Below are positions 1 through 9,594 of a DNA stretch of 62,633 bases, in pieces. Under the pieces are notes generated by a model. It did no database searches, was not told the origin of the DNA, and worked only from the letters and a program-made list of their open reading frames with translations. The position numbers and the translations under genes are program-made. The stretch lies in the NCBI GenBank assembly GCA_041910095.1, contig JAYRRO010000297.1, forward strand, positions 1-62,633, in the 5' to 3' direction. This DNA comes from Dehalococcoidia bacterium (GTDB lineage: Bacteria > Chloroflexota > Dehalococcoidia > Tepidiformales > Tepidiformaceae). Every line of letters begins with the position of its first letter. Within the stretch, counting starts at the first letter, position 1.

Positions 1-15
1 AGCGGCTGTCTCGAA

Positions 16-924
16 GTGGTCTCGGAGGAGCTGCGCGGCGCAATCCTGTTCGCCGCCGGCCAGCCGCTGAACGCGTACGCGGACCGGGGCGGGCAGCGCG
101 TAACGGGCATCAAGGCCGCCGACGCCGTCGCGCATCGCGGGGCGGCAGGCGATGCCGTGCTGAACGTCTACGCGCTCACGCCCGCGTTGGCGGAACTCAT
201 CGCGCAGTCCCTCGATGGCGAACTCGTCTATGGCGGGCTCTCGACCGCGTTCACGAGCCTGGACCGGCTGCTCGAGAAGCTGCAGCAGGAGGCGCACAGC
301 GGCTACCTGGAACTGGATCTGGCTTCGGGCGGCCAGGCGGCGATCTTCCTGTCCAACGGTGCGATCGTCGATGCGGCGTGCTGGGCGGCCGATGTCCACA
401 GCGCGGGCGCCGCCGCGACGAACGAGATCATGGCGCTGGCGGCCGCCACGGGAGCGACCTGCAATGTGTTCCGCACGGCCGGTCCGCGCGCGGCGGGTGC
501 CGCGCCGGCGCCGGCCGCATCGGTCGCGAGCACGCTCGAAGGCGGCGACGTGCTCGGCGTCTGGGAGGAGATCCTCTCGGGCACCGAGGAGGTCGTCGAT
601 GGCATGAGCCGCCCCGGGCAGTTCGTCCTGGCGTTCAAGGAAGTGCTGGTCGACCGGGCGGATATCTACCCGTTCCTCGACCCGTTCGCCGCGGAGTTCG
701 AGTACCGCGACGGGAAGGTCACCTTCCACGGGCAAGTGCCGGAGGAGTTGAGCGAGGCACTCGGCGCATGCCTTTCCGACACGCTCGCGAAGCTGGCGTT
801 CCAGCTCCGGCGGGCGGACCTGGAATCCCGCGTGAGGGCGCACCATGCGGGGCTGTATGAGCGCCACAGCGCCGTCATCGAGCGGTTCCACCTGCGTGCG
901 GCGACGCAGGAGTTCGTGGCCTAG
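16..924 (+). CDS. Hypothetical protein with DUF4388/PATAN-like segments, possibly 5'-truncated by the window edge
   Basis: The frame is open back to nt 1, so the GTG at 16 may not be the true start. The segment 'SGYLELDLASGGQAAIFLSNGAIVDAA' resembles the DUF4388 core of the gene at 1414. It sits directly upstream of a Roadblock/LC7 gene. Confidence 0.5.
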   Translation: MVSEELRGAILFAAGQPLNAYADRGGQRVTGIKAADAVAHRGAAGDAVLNVYALTPALAELIAQSLDGELVYGGLSTAFTSLDRLLEKLQQEAHSGYLELDLASGGQAAIFLSNGAIVDAACWAADVHSAGAAATNEIMALAAATGATCNVFRTAGPRAAGAAPAPAASVASTLEGGDVLGVWEEILSGTEEVVDGMSRPGQFVLAFKEVLVDRADIYPFLDPFAAEFEYRDGKVTFHGQVPEELSEALGACLSDTLAKLAFQLRRADLESRVRAHHAGLYERHSAVIERFHLRAATQEFVA

Positions 925-936
925 CGGGAGATTGAG

Positions 937-1383
937 ATGGAGGGGGACCTGCAGCAGATCGCCGGTATTGCGAACGTCGCGGGCGCCTTCGTCTGTGACA
1001 ACGGCGGCGAGGTGATCGCAAGTTCGGAACCACCGGTGCTGGCGACCGTCGCGATGGCGTCGCTCGGCAAGGAGGCGGCACGGGCGTTCAGCGCGCTCGA
1101 TGCCGCGGGAACGCGCGCCTCGCGGGTGGAATTCGACTTCGATACGTGGCGGCTGGTGGCGCGCGACCTCGGCGAAGGGCTGCTGCTGGTGGTGTGCCGG
1201 CCGGGCGTCGATGCGGCGCTGCTGCGGATGTCCGCCGATATCGCGATCAGCGCGTGGAAGGCGGACGCGCGCGCTCAGAAGCGGCTGACGAAACGCAAAG
1301 CGCAGCGCAGTCAGTTGCTGGCGCAATCGCAATTGGATGCGCCGGCATGGACTTCGTGGCGGCTGCTGGAAACTCGCGCCTGA
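937..1383 (+). CDS. Roadblock/LC7 (MglB-like) domain protein
   Basis: The N-terminus 'LQQIAGIANVAGAFVCDNGGEVIASS...LLLVVC' matches the Roadblock/LC7 fold pattern. A GGGAG Shine-Dalgarno precedes the ATG. The basic C-terminal tail is not typical of the family. Confidence 0.7.
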   Translation: MEGDLQQIAGIANVAGAFVCDNGGEVIASSEPPVLATVAMASLGKEAARAFSALDAAGTRASRVEFDFDTWRLVARDLGEGLLLVVCRPGVDAALLRMSADIAISAWKADARAQKRLTKRKAQRSQLLAQSQLDAPAWTSWRLLETRA

Positions 1384-1413
1384 GCGCACCGAACGGGCTG
1401 AGGGAGGATTGCC

Positions 1414-2211
1414 ATGCCGGAAGGGTTGACCGGGAACCTGGCGCAGATGCCGATAGGCGACATGGTGCGCATGCTCACGGCCGCCGGTCAGAGCGGGCGG
1501 CTCGACCTCGCCGACCGCGGCGACCGTGGCGCGATCTACCTCCGCGACGGCAGCATCGTGCACGCGACGCACGGCCCGGCAAGCGGCGAGCTGGCACTTC
1601 GCCACCTCATGACGTGGACCTCCGGGGCGTTCCGCTTCGAAGCACAGGCAGCGGCCCCGGAAGCGACCATCCACCGGCCGGCGAGCGAGCTGCTGACGGA
1701 AATCGCGGCGATGGCCGCGGAGCGCGACGCCATCCGCCGGGCGATCCCATCGCCGGATGCGGTGCTGCGGCTTCGCGGGGCCGAGCTCGCGGGCCCGGTG
1801 ACGCTTCAGCCCCTCGACTGGCAGATCATCGTCCGACTGGGTGAGGCGACGACTGCCTCTGAGCTCGTGGGTTCGCTGGGGCGGGACGAATTCACGGTCC
1901 TGCGCGCGCTGAAGGGGCTCGTGACGGCGTCACTGGTGGAAGTGGAAGCCGAGGCGCGTCCGAACACACGGCCCGTGGCGCCGGCGGCGTTTTTCGCGAC
2001 CCTGCGGCAGGCGGCGGCCGCCGCGCTCGGTCCGTTCGCGGCCGTGATTGTCGAGGAAGAAGTCGCCGCGATGGGCGCCACCCTGGAGGCGTTCCCGAAG
2101 GACCAGATCTCGGCCCTGGTGGAACGCATCAGCGGCGAAATCCAGGACGACGCGCGGCGCGTGCAATTTCAGCAGCGGATGATCCAGGTCATCCGTCAGC
2201 TCGCGGCCTAG
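1414..2211 (+). CDS. DUF4388 (PATAN-type) domain protein
   Basis: 'GNLAQMPIGDMVRMLTAAGQSGRLDLADRGDRGAIYLRDGSIVHATHG...GELALRHLMTWTSGAFRFE' is the canonical DUF4388 signature. A GAGGGAGG Shine-Dalgarno lies upstream. Confidence 0.75.
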   Translation: MPEGLTGNLAQMPIGDMVRMLTAAGQSGRLDLADRGDRGAIYLRDGSIVHATHGPASGELALRHLMTWTSGAFRFEAQAAAPEATIHRPASELLTEIAAMAAERDAIRRAIPSPDAVLRLRGAELAGPVTLQPLDWQIIVRLGEATTASELVGSLGRDEFTVLRALKGLVTASLVEVEAEARPNTRPVAPAAFFATLRQAAAAALGPFAAVIVEEEVAAMGATLEAFPKDQISALVERISGEIQDDARRVQFQQRMIQVIRQLAA

Positions 2212-2249
2212 CGAATCGACGCGGCCGGGGGAGCGGGTATACTGCGGCG

Positions 2250-2645
2250 ATGCACGTTGACGCGCAGCCGTGCCCCGATTGCGGGACGCTCTTCGACCTC
2301 CCCGACAACTACTGCCGCCACTGTGGGATGTACCTCGCCGCGCTCAAGGCCGCGCTGCCGGCGCCGGCCCCCGAACGCGCCGTCGTGACTTCGCGGCCGG
2401 GGATGCCCGCGCCGGTGAAAAAGGCGGCGACCGCGCTTGCCATCGGCACGGCCCTGCAGGTGGGAGTGACCCTCGCGGGCAAGTACCTCGCCTCGCAGGC
2501 CGCGCGGGGCGCCTCGCAGGCGGTGCAGGGCCCGCCCCCGAAGCGCCGCGTTGTGCCGCGAAGGCAGCCCGACCCGGAGATCGAACGGGCGGCCGCGGTG
2601 AGCGAGACTGTCGTCATCCGGCGGGAGTGGATCCGGCGGGATTAG
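2250..2645 (+). CDS. Zinc-ribbon protein with a central hydrophobic segment
   Basis: 'CPDCG...CRHCG' is a CxxC-x13-CxxC zinc ribbon. A hydrophobic stretch 'ATALAIGTALQVGVTLAG' follows. A TATACT hexamer ends 6 nt before the ATG and there is no SD, so the mRNA looks leaderless. Confidence 0.55.
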   Translation: MHVDAQPCPDCGTLFDLPDNYCRHCGMYLAALKAALPAPAPERAVVTSRPGMPAPVKKAATALAIGTALQVGVTLAGKYLASQAARGASQAVQGPPPKRRVVPRRQPDPEIERAAAVSETVVIRREWIRRD

Positions 2646-3183
2646 ACCCGGCGTCCCTGGACTTCGTCGCGAATACGGCGGGCAGACATGGCCGCCGCAT
2701 TGGGTGCGCCCCAGAGAGGGCGACGAATGAGACGCGACGAGCCGCTCTTGTTCGAACTCCCACCGCCCGCCGCAGTGGAGCGCCTTCACGAGGCCGTGCC
2801 ACGGATGCAGGCGGGCGTTTTCGCCGAAATCCCGGGGAAATCCAGGGCTGATCGCACCCGAGAGCCCGGTGGCGTTTATGCCGCGGCGCGACCCGTTCAC
2901 GCCGACGCTCAATTCGCGGCGAACGGCGGGTCGCATCTGCCGGCGACGGCGCACAGCCGCCACTGCCGGGGAGATGGACGCCCCCACGGCTTCGCTGAAC
3001 GAACGGAGAGTCGTACGCGCACGTGTATTGTAAGGGCGCGGCCGGTTGCGCGGACTCGGAGAAGGTGCGACGGTAGGTAAACCGTTGGACGTGCGTTTCC
3101 CCACCGGAAGACGTGCGCACGGTGAGCGGCGGGATGGCCTCGGGGAGGGCCTGCGGCGAGGTTATGGCGAGTAGCCGTGACGC

Positions 3184-3211
3184 TTGTCGGCGGAAGTCCC
3201 CATGGTATACT
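3184..3211 (+). promoter_or_regulatory. Candidate sigma70-type promoter for the tRNA-Lys/tRNA-Leu unit
   Basis: TTGTCG (3184-3189), a 16-nt spacer, then TGG-TATACT (3206-3211, extended -10). It lies 20 nt upstream of the tRNA 5' end. Confidence 0.5.
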
Positions 3212-3231
3212 CCCGCCCGTTCCCTTTTGGG

Positions 3232-3307
3232 GGGCCGCTAGCTCAACTGGCAGAGCAGCTGACTCTTAATCAGCCGGTTGAAGGTTCGAGTCCTTCGCGG
3301 CTCACCA
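3232..3307 (+). tRNA. tRNA-Lys (anticodon CTT), CCA encoded
   Basis: Hand-folded cloverleaf. Acceptor GGGCCGC/GCGGCTC, D arm GCTC..GAGC, anticodon stem GCTGA/TCAGC with loop CTCTTAA, T arm GAAGG-TTCGAGT-CCTTC, discriminator A, then CCA. Confidence 0.9.
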
Positions 3308-3362
3308 GTCTGGTTCCGTGCCGGGTGGCACCCCGCGAGGGGAATCGCGCGGCAGCACTTGT

Positions 3363-3444
3363 GGGGAAGTGTCGGAACTGGCAGACGAGCATGACTTAGG
3401 ATCATGTGCCGAAAGGCGTAGGAGTTCGAGTCTCCTCTTCCCCA
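3363..3444 (+). tRNA. tRNA-Leu (anticodon TAG), class II with a long variable arm
   Basis: Acceptor GGGGAAG/CTTCCCC, anticodon stem CATGA/TCATG with loop CTTAGGA, variable arm TGCCGAAAGGCGT, T arm AGGAG-TTCGAGT-CTCCT. CCA is not encoded. Confidence 0.88.
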
Positions 3445-3513
3445 CGAACTCGGTTCAGGGCATACTCCGGCGTTGCCGCGACCCGGGTGCACCGGGTGGA
3501 GGAAGGAGAAGGG

Positions 3514-4498
<985 letters not shown>

Positions 4499-4515
<17 letters not shown>

Positions 4516-5530
4516 TACTTCGGGGACGCGCCAGCGCGTCGGGACCATCGGCGAGACGCTCGTCGATGTCCAGGACATGCAGATGTACTTCCCGGTCTCG
4601 GCCGGCCTGATCTTCCAGAAGAAGGTCGCCGACGTGAAGGCCGTGGACAGCATCAGCTTCCAGGTCAAGCGCGGCGAGACGCTCGGGCTCGTGGGCGAAT
4701 CGGGCTGCGGCAAGAGCACGACCGGCAAGGCCGTGCTCCAGCTCATCCGGCCGACCGCGGGAAAAGTCATGTTCGAAGGAACGGACCTGACGAAGATCAA
4801 GGGCGGCGAGCTGCGCCGCTTCCGCCGGAAGATGCAGATGATCTTCCAGGACCCCTACGCGAGCCTGAACCCGCGTATGTCGGTCGGGAGCATCATCAGC
4901 GAGCCGATCACGATCCATAAGCTGGCATCCGGCAAGGAGAAGAAGGACAAGGTCCAGGAGCTCCTGACGACGGTCGGCCTGAACCCGTACTTCGCGAATC
5001 GCTTCCCGCACGAGTTCTCGGGTGGCCAGCGCCAGCGCATCGGCATCGCCCGGGCGCTCGCGGTGCAGCCTGACTTCATCGTCTGCGACGAGCCGGTTTC
5101 GGCGCTGGACGTTTCCATCCAGGCGCAGATCATCAACCTCCTCCAGGACCTGCAGTCGCAGTTCAACCTGACGTACCTGTTCATCGCGCACGACCTTTCG
5201 GTTGTGCGGCACATCAGCGACCGCGTGGCCGTCATGTACCTCGGGCACATCATGGAGCTGACGGACCGGGACTCGATCTTCGAGAACCCGCTGCACCCGT
5301 ACACGAAGGCCCTGATGTCGGCGGTGCCGATCCCCGACCCGGAGATCGAGCGCAAGCGCGAGCGCATCATCCTGCTCGGCGACGTGCCGAGCCCGCTGCG
5401 CCCGCCTTCGGGCTGCGTGTTCCACACGCGCTGCCCCATCGCCATCGACGAGTGCCGCTCGCGGCGCCCCGATTGGCGCAACGTGGGCACGGCGGACAAG
5501 GAACACTGGGTCTGGTGCCACCGCGTCTAG
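4499..5530 (+). CDS. oppF: Oligopeptide/dipeptide ABC transporter ATP-binding protein (OppF/DppF type)
   Basis: 'GESGCGKST', 'FSGGQRQRIGIARAL' and 'VCDEPVSALD'. The start is inferred as TTG 4499, which has GGGAGGA 6 nt upstream and overlaps the oppD end. ATG 4574 is an alternative. Confidence 0.88.
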
Positions 5531-5618
5531 CCGGGTGGGCGAAGAACATTTCCCGCGAAGGGCCGGCGACATCGCCGGCCCTTCGCACGTTCAGGGCAGC
5601 CCCGGGAAGGGAGGCCGT

Positions 5619-6269
5619 ATGCGCGCGGAGACGCGGGCGCTGATCGCGGCGATGGAACCCGGCGACCCGGCCGAAGCCGCAAGCCTCCGATACGCGCTCG
5701 ATTGGGTCGACTCCGGGGCGCGCATCTGGCGCGAGGGCGGGCCCGCCGACCCGCCGGTCCACCTGGTCGTCTACGTCGCGCCGGTGGACTTCGCCCGTGA
5801 GCGCGTGCTACTGGTGGACCACCGCAAAGCGGGGCTCTGGCTGCCCCCGGGCGGCCACATCGAACCGCGCGAGTTGCCGGAGTCCGCGGCCGTGCGCGAG
5901 GCGCGAGAGGAACTGGGGATCGACGTCCGCGGCCGGCTGCGAGGCCCGCTGCTGTTGACCGCGACCCGCACCGTGGGGCCGGGACCCCGCCATACCGATG
6001 TCTCGCTCTGGTACGCGGCGGATGTGGACGAGCACGAGCCCATGCGGCTCGACACCGGCGAGTTCGCAGGCGCGGAATGGCACCGCTGGGCCGGTTTGCC
6101 GGGCGCGCGGCTGGGCACCGGCATCGACCGGTTCGTCGCGCGGCTGGCGAGCGAGCGGCCCCGGACGGACACGCGGGAGCAACGTAAAGGAGTGGCCAGG
6201 GCCGGGGTTCTGGAATCGACGGGCGATGCGCGATCTTCTACTGTGAGGGGACGAGGCAAGCATGGCTGA
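5619..6269 (+). CDS. NUDIX hydrolase
   Basis: NUDIX box 'GGHIEPRELPESAAVREAREELGI'. The ATG at 5619 is preceded by GGGAAGGGAGG. Confidence 0.8.
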   Translation: MRAETRALIAAMEPGDPAEAASLRYALDWVDSGARIWREGGPADPPVHLVVYVAPVDFARERVLLVDHRKAGLWLPPGGHIEPRELPESAAVREAREELGIDVRGRLRGPLLLTATRTVGPGPRHTDVSLWYAADVDEHEPMRLDTGEFAGAEWHRWAGLPGARLGTGIDRFVARLASERPRTDTREQRKGVARAGVLESTGDARSSTVRGRGKHG

Positions 6270-6693
6270 TCGGATCGAACGCGAGATCGAGGAGATCCTG
6301 GCGAAGCTCGACGAGGAGGCGCCGCGAGAGACGCGGAAGCCCATTTCCATGCTCGCCCACAAGGACCGTAAGCAGGCCCCGGCCGCGGCCGCCCCGAAGC
6401 CAGCGGCGCCACGCTCAACGACCCGCGTGACGCCCGCACATCTCCTGCTGGCCGGCGCCGGGCTGGTCATCGGCGGGCTCGTGCTTTCGGGTTTCTTGGA
6501 TGCGTTCATCTGGGTCTCGTTCGCGGGCGTGGTCGTATTTCTCTCCGCCTTCGGCTGGTCCTTCTTCCGTAGCCCACGTCCGGCGGCCGGTGCTGCGGGC
6601 GCCCGGGGCCACTACTGGCGCGACCGCTGGATCGAGTACGAGCCCTCGACCGCGAAGCCGTGGGACCGCATGAAGCGGCGGTTCCGGCGGTAG
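6262..6693 (+). CDS. Hypothetical membrane protein (two predicted TM helices)
   Basis: Charged N-terminus, an Ala/Pro-rich linker, then 'LLLAGAGLVIGGLVLSGFLDAFIWVSFAGVVVFLSAFGW'. It overlaps the NUDIX stop by 8 nt. Confidence 0.5.
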   Translation: MADRIEREIEEILAKLDEEAPRETRKPISMLAHKDRKQAPAAAAPKPAAPRSTTRVTPAHLLLAGAGLVIGGLVLSGFLDAFIWVSFAGVVVFLSAFGWSFFRSPRPAAGAAGARGHYWRDRWIEYEPSTAKPWDRMKRRFRR

Positions 6694-6733
6694 TTTTCGG
6701 CTGCTTGACGCTCTCGGCCCTACGGTGGAGGCA

Positions 6734-8053
6734 ATGACGCCCCATCGGTTTCGCGCCGCCGCGCTGGCGGCATTCGGCCTGGTCTCCATCGTCTTGGCAG
6801 GATGCACCCGGCCAACGGTCGGACCGGCGGCCACCGATACCCCCGGCGCCTCTTCGACGTCCACGTCGGTTCCCACGCCCACAGCGGCACAATCGGCAGC
6901 CAGGCCCGAATTCGAAGGCGTCCGCGCGTTCGAGCACATCCGCGCGCTAAGCACGGACATCGGCCCACGCGTGGCCGGCACCGATGGCGAACGGAAGGGC
7001 GCCGAGTACGTCGCCAACGCCTTCCGGGCGAGCGGATACAGCGTCGAGGTCTCGGACTTCGGGTTCTCGCACGAGCTGACCACCGCGAGCATCGACTTCG
7101 GCACGACACGCACCGATGCGACCGTGCTCAGCGGCAGCGGATTCGCGTCGGTCAGCGGGCCAGCCGTTTACGCGGGCACCGGTTCGGAGTCCGCCATTGC
7201 GGGAAAGAAGCTCACGGGCGCTGTTGCGGTCGTGGAACGCGGGCTCGTGTTCGGCGACACGCACGATCGGCTGAAGACGGCGGGCGCCATCGCCATGGTC
7301 ATCCTGAACCCGGCCGGGGGGCCGATGGAAGGCAACCTCGGGAAGAAGGTCGAGATGCCGGTCGTGCTCGTCGATACGGCCGCCGCCGAGCCCGTCCGCG
7401 CCGCCGCCCGCTCCGCAACGCGTCTCACGGTCACGGCAGCGCAGACGAACTCGATTCGCTCGGTGAATGTGCTCGCCCGTCCCTCCGCTGGAGAGGCGTG
7501 CCAGGTGCTCGTGGGAGGCCATCTGGACACCGTCCCGGGCGCGCCGGGCGCGCTCGACAACGGCAGCGGCACGGCGACAGTGGTCGAGCTCGCACGCGCG
7601 TTCGCGGCCGACGGGCTCGACGCGGGGCTTTGCTTCGCCGCATTCGGGAGCGAGGAAGAGGGCCTCTATGGCAGCGGCGCGATGGTTTCGGCCTTCCGCT
7701 CCGCGAACGCGCTGCCGAAAGCGATGATCAACCTCGATATGACGGGCCTCGGCACGATTGAGGTGGTCGGGAGCGCCGACCTCGCGCAGCAGGCCGAAAC
7801 CACCGGCAAGGAGATCGGAATCCCGGCGGCGCGCACGACCTGGCCGTCGAACTTCGGCAGCGATCACCAGAGCTTCCAGCGCGCGGGCGTCGCCGCGATC
7901 ACGGTCACGACAAGCGAGCTCGGGGAGTTTCACACGCCCGCTGATGTGCTGGCGACCATCGACGCCAGGGCGCTCGAGGACTGCGGTGACCTCGCCTATG
8001 CGCTCATCGCGCGGACGTGGAAGCGCGTTGCTCAGGGGCGGGTGGGCTCCTAG
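6734..8053 (+). CDS. M28 family metallopeptidase (aminopeptidase) lipoprotein with a PA domain
   Basis: Lipobox 'VLAGC'. 'GGHLDTVPGAPGALDNGSGTATVVELARAF' and 'FGSEEEGLYGS' are M28 zinc-ligand motifs. ATG 6734 is preferred, with GTG 6725 as the alternative. Confidence 0.85.
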   Translation: MTPHRFRAAALAAFGLVSIVLAGCTRPTVGPAATDTPGASSTSTSVPTPTAAQSAARPEFEGVRAFEHIRALSTDIGPRVAGTDGERKGAEYVANAFRASGYSVEVSDFGFSHELTTASIDFGTTRTDATVLSGSGFASVSGPAVYAGTGSESAIAGKKLTGAVAVVERGLVFGDTHDRLKTAGAIAMVILNPAGGPMEGNLGKKVEMPVVLVDTAAAEPVRAAARSATRLTVTAAQTNSIRSVNVLARPSAGEACQVLVGGHLDTVPGAPGALDNGSGTATVVELARAFAADGLDAGLCFAAFGSEEEGLYGSGAMVSAFRSANALPKAMINLDMTGLGTIEVVGSADLAQQAETTGKEIGIPAARTTWPSNFGSDHQSFQRAGVAAITVTTSELGEFHTPADVLATIDARALEDCGDLAYALIARTWKRVAQGRVGS

Positions 8054-8054
8054 C

Positions 8055-8681
8055 ATGGCCAACGTGAAGCCGGCGCTGCGTCCGCTCGGGATCGGGTTTC
8101 TCTTCGCGACGGGACTGGTCGCGTTCGTGGCGGGCGCGTGCGGGGGCGGCGGCGACGATGGCGCGCAGGGCGGCGGCACGCGCATCACGGACCCGGCGAA
8201 GGTCGCGAGTTCCACGCCCATCCAGAACCCCCTGCTGTACCAGATCAAGGGCGACACCGTGTCCACCTCGGGGGGCGCGACCGCAACCGTGCAGCCCGGC
8301 ACGAACGCGGGCGCGACGCCGACGCGAACAGGGGCGCAGACCTACAAAGTGGTAGCCGGGGACACCTGCTCGACGATCGCGGCGAAGTTCAACGTGACGG
8401 TGGACGCGCTGCTGCGCGCGAACACGCGGATCAACGCCGACTGTTCGAACCTGAGCGTGGACGACCAGCTGCGCATCCCCTCCGCGCCGACGACCGTGCC
8501 CGTGGTGGGCGGCAGCGCGACCGCGAAACCGAGCGGGAAAACGTACAAGGTGGTCTCCGGCGACACCTGTGACTCCATTGCGCGAGCCAACGGCGTGGAC
8601 GTGGGCAAGCTGATCACGCTGAACGGGCTCGATGCGAACTGCACGCGGCTGCAGATCGGGCAAACGCTGAACCTGCCCTGA
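8055..8681 (+). CDS. Lipoprotein with two LysM domains
   Basis: Lipobox 'VAGAC'. Two LysM repeats: 'YKVVAGDTCSTIAAKFNVTVDALLRANT...' and 'YKVVSGDTCDSIARANGVDVGKLITLNG...'. Confidence 0.8.
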   Translation: MANVKPALRPLGIGFLFATGLVAFVAGACGGGGDDGAQGGGTRITDPAKVASSTPIQNPLLYQIKGDTVSTSGGATATVQPGTNAGATPTRTGAQTYKVVAGDTCSTIAAKFNVTVDALLRANTRINADCSNLSVDDQLRIPSAPTTVPVVGGSATAKPSGKTYKVVSGDTCDSIARANGVDVGKLITLNGLDANCTRLQIGQTLNLP

Positions 8682-8741
8682 GTCTATTCCGCCAGCGGGG
8701 TGGCGCGCGCCGATGCGGCGCGTAGGATTCGCGCCATCCCA

Positions 8742-9566
8742 ATGGCGAGGAACCGCGTGGACGACCTGAAGTTCTGCCGCTACGAAAAGAAGGGCCACGT
8801 GGCCTACGTGACGATCACCAGGCCAGAGGTCTTCAACGCCCTGCACGTGTACGCGAACGAAGAGCTGGCGCGAGTGTGGGACGATTTCGCGGCGGATGAC
8901 GAAAGCTGGGTGGCGGTGCTCACGGGTGAGGGCGAGCGCTCGTTCTGCGCGGGCAACGACCTGAAGTTCACGGCCGAGATGTCGCGGCTGCCGCGGGAGG
9001 AACGGCCACCGGCGGGGTTCCCTCCCAGCGGGTTCGGGGGGCTGACAAGCCGCTACGACCTGTTCAAGCCGATCGTGGCCCGGGTGAACGGCTATGCGCT
9101 CGGCGGAGGGCTGGAGCTGGCGATGGCATGCGACATCATCGTCATCGCCGAACACGCGGAGATCGGGTTGCCAGAACCGCGCCGGGGCCTCATCGCCGGG
9201 GCGATGGGTGTCCATCGGCTTCCGCGACAGGCGCCGCTCAAGGCCGCCATGGGGTATATGCTCACGGGCCGCCACATCCCGGCCCGCCGGGCGTACGAAC
9301 TCGGGCTGGTGAGCGAGGTCGTCGCGTTGCAAGATCTCGACGCCTCCGTCGATGGATGGGTGCGCGACATCCTGCGCTGCGCGCCGCTCTCGGTCCGGGC
9401 GACCAAGGAGGCCGCTATGGTCGGCCTCAACATGCCGCTTGAGGAAGCCGGAGTGGCGAATTACGAATGGGAACAGCGCCGCCGCCGGAGCGACGACAAC
9501 ATCGAGGGTCCGCGGGCGTTCGCGGAAAAGCGCGAGCCCCGATGGACAGGCCGCTGGCGGGAGTGA
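8742..9566 (+). CDS. Enoyl-CoA hydratase/isomerase (crotonase) family protein
   Basis: 'VAYVTITRPEVFNAL...FCAGNDLK...NGYALGGGLELAMACD'. The start is uncertain; GTG 8700 is the alternative. Confidence 0.85.
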   Translation: MARNRVDDLKFCRYEKKGHVAYVTITRPEVFNALHVYANEELARVWDDFAADDESWVAVLTGEGERSFCAGNDLKFTAEMSRLPREERPPAGFPPSGFGGLTSRYDLFKPIVARVNGYALGGGLELAMACDIIVIAEHAEIGLPEPRRGLIAGAMGVHRLPRQAPLKAAMGYMLTGRHIPARRAYELGLVSEVVALQDLDASVDGWVRDILRCAPLSVRATKEAAMVGLNMPLEEAGVANYEWEQRRRRSDDNIEGPRAFAEKREPRWTGRWRE

Positions 9567-9575
9567 CCCGAAGCC

Positions 9576-9594
9576 CCGGGCCGGTGCGGCCCGG
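9576..9594. terminator. GC hairpin between convergent genes
   Basis: CCGGGCC-ggtgc-GGCCCGG lies between the crotonase stop (9566) and the ctaG stop (9595). There is no U-tract. Confidence 0.3.

Noticed and set aside
2646-3183. Possible RNase P RNA, tmRNA or cobalamin riboswitch
   Set aside because: Only short fragments resemble conserved blocks ('GGAAGTCC', 'GGTAAAC', 'CCCCACC', 'GCCACTG'), and their order and spacing do not fit the known architectures. I have not claimed any of these. The region is left as unassigned.
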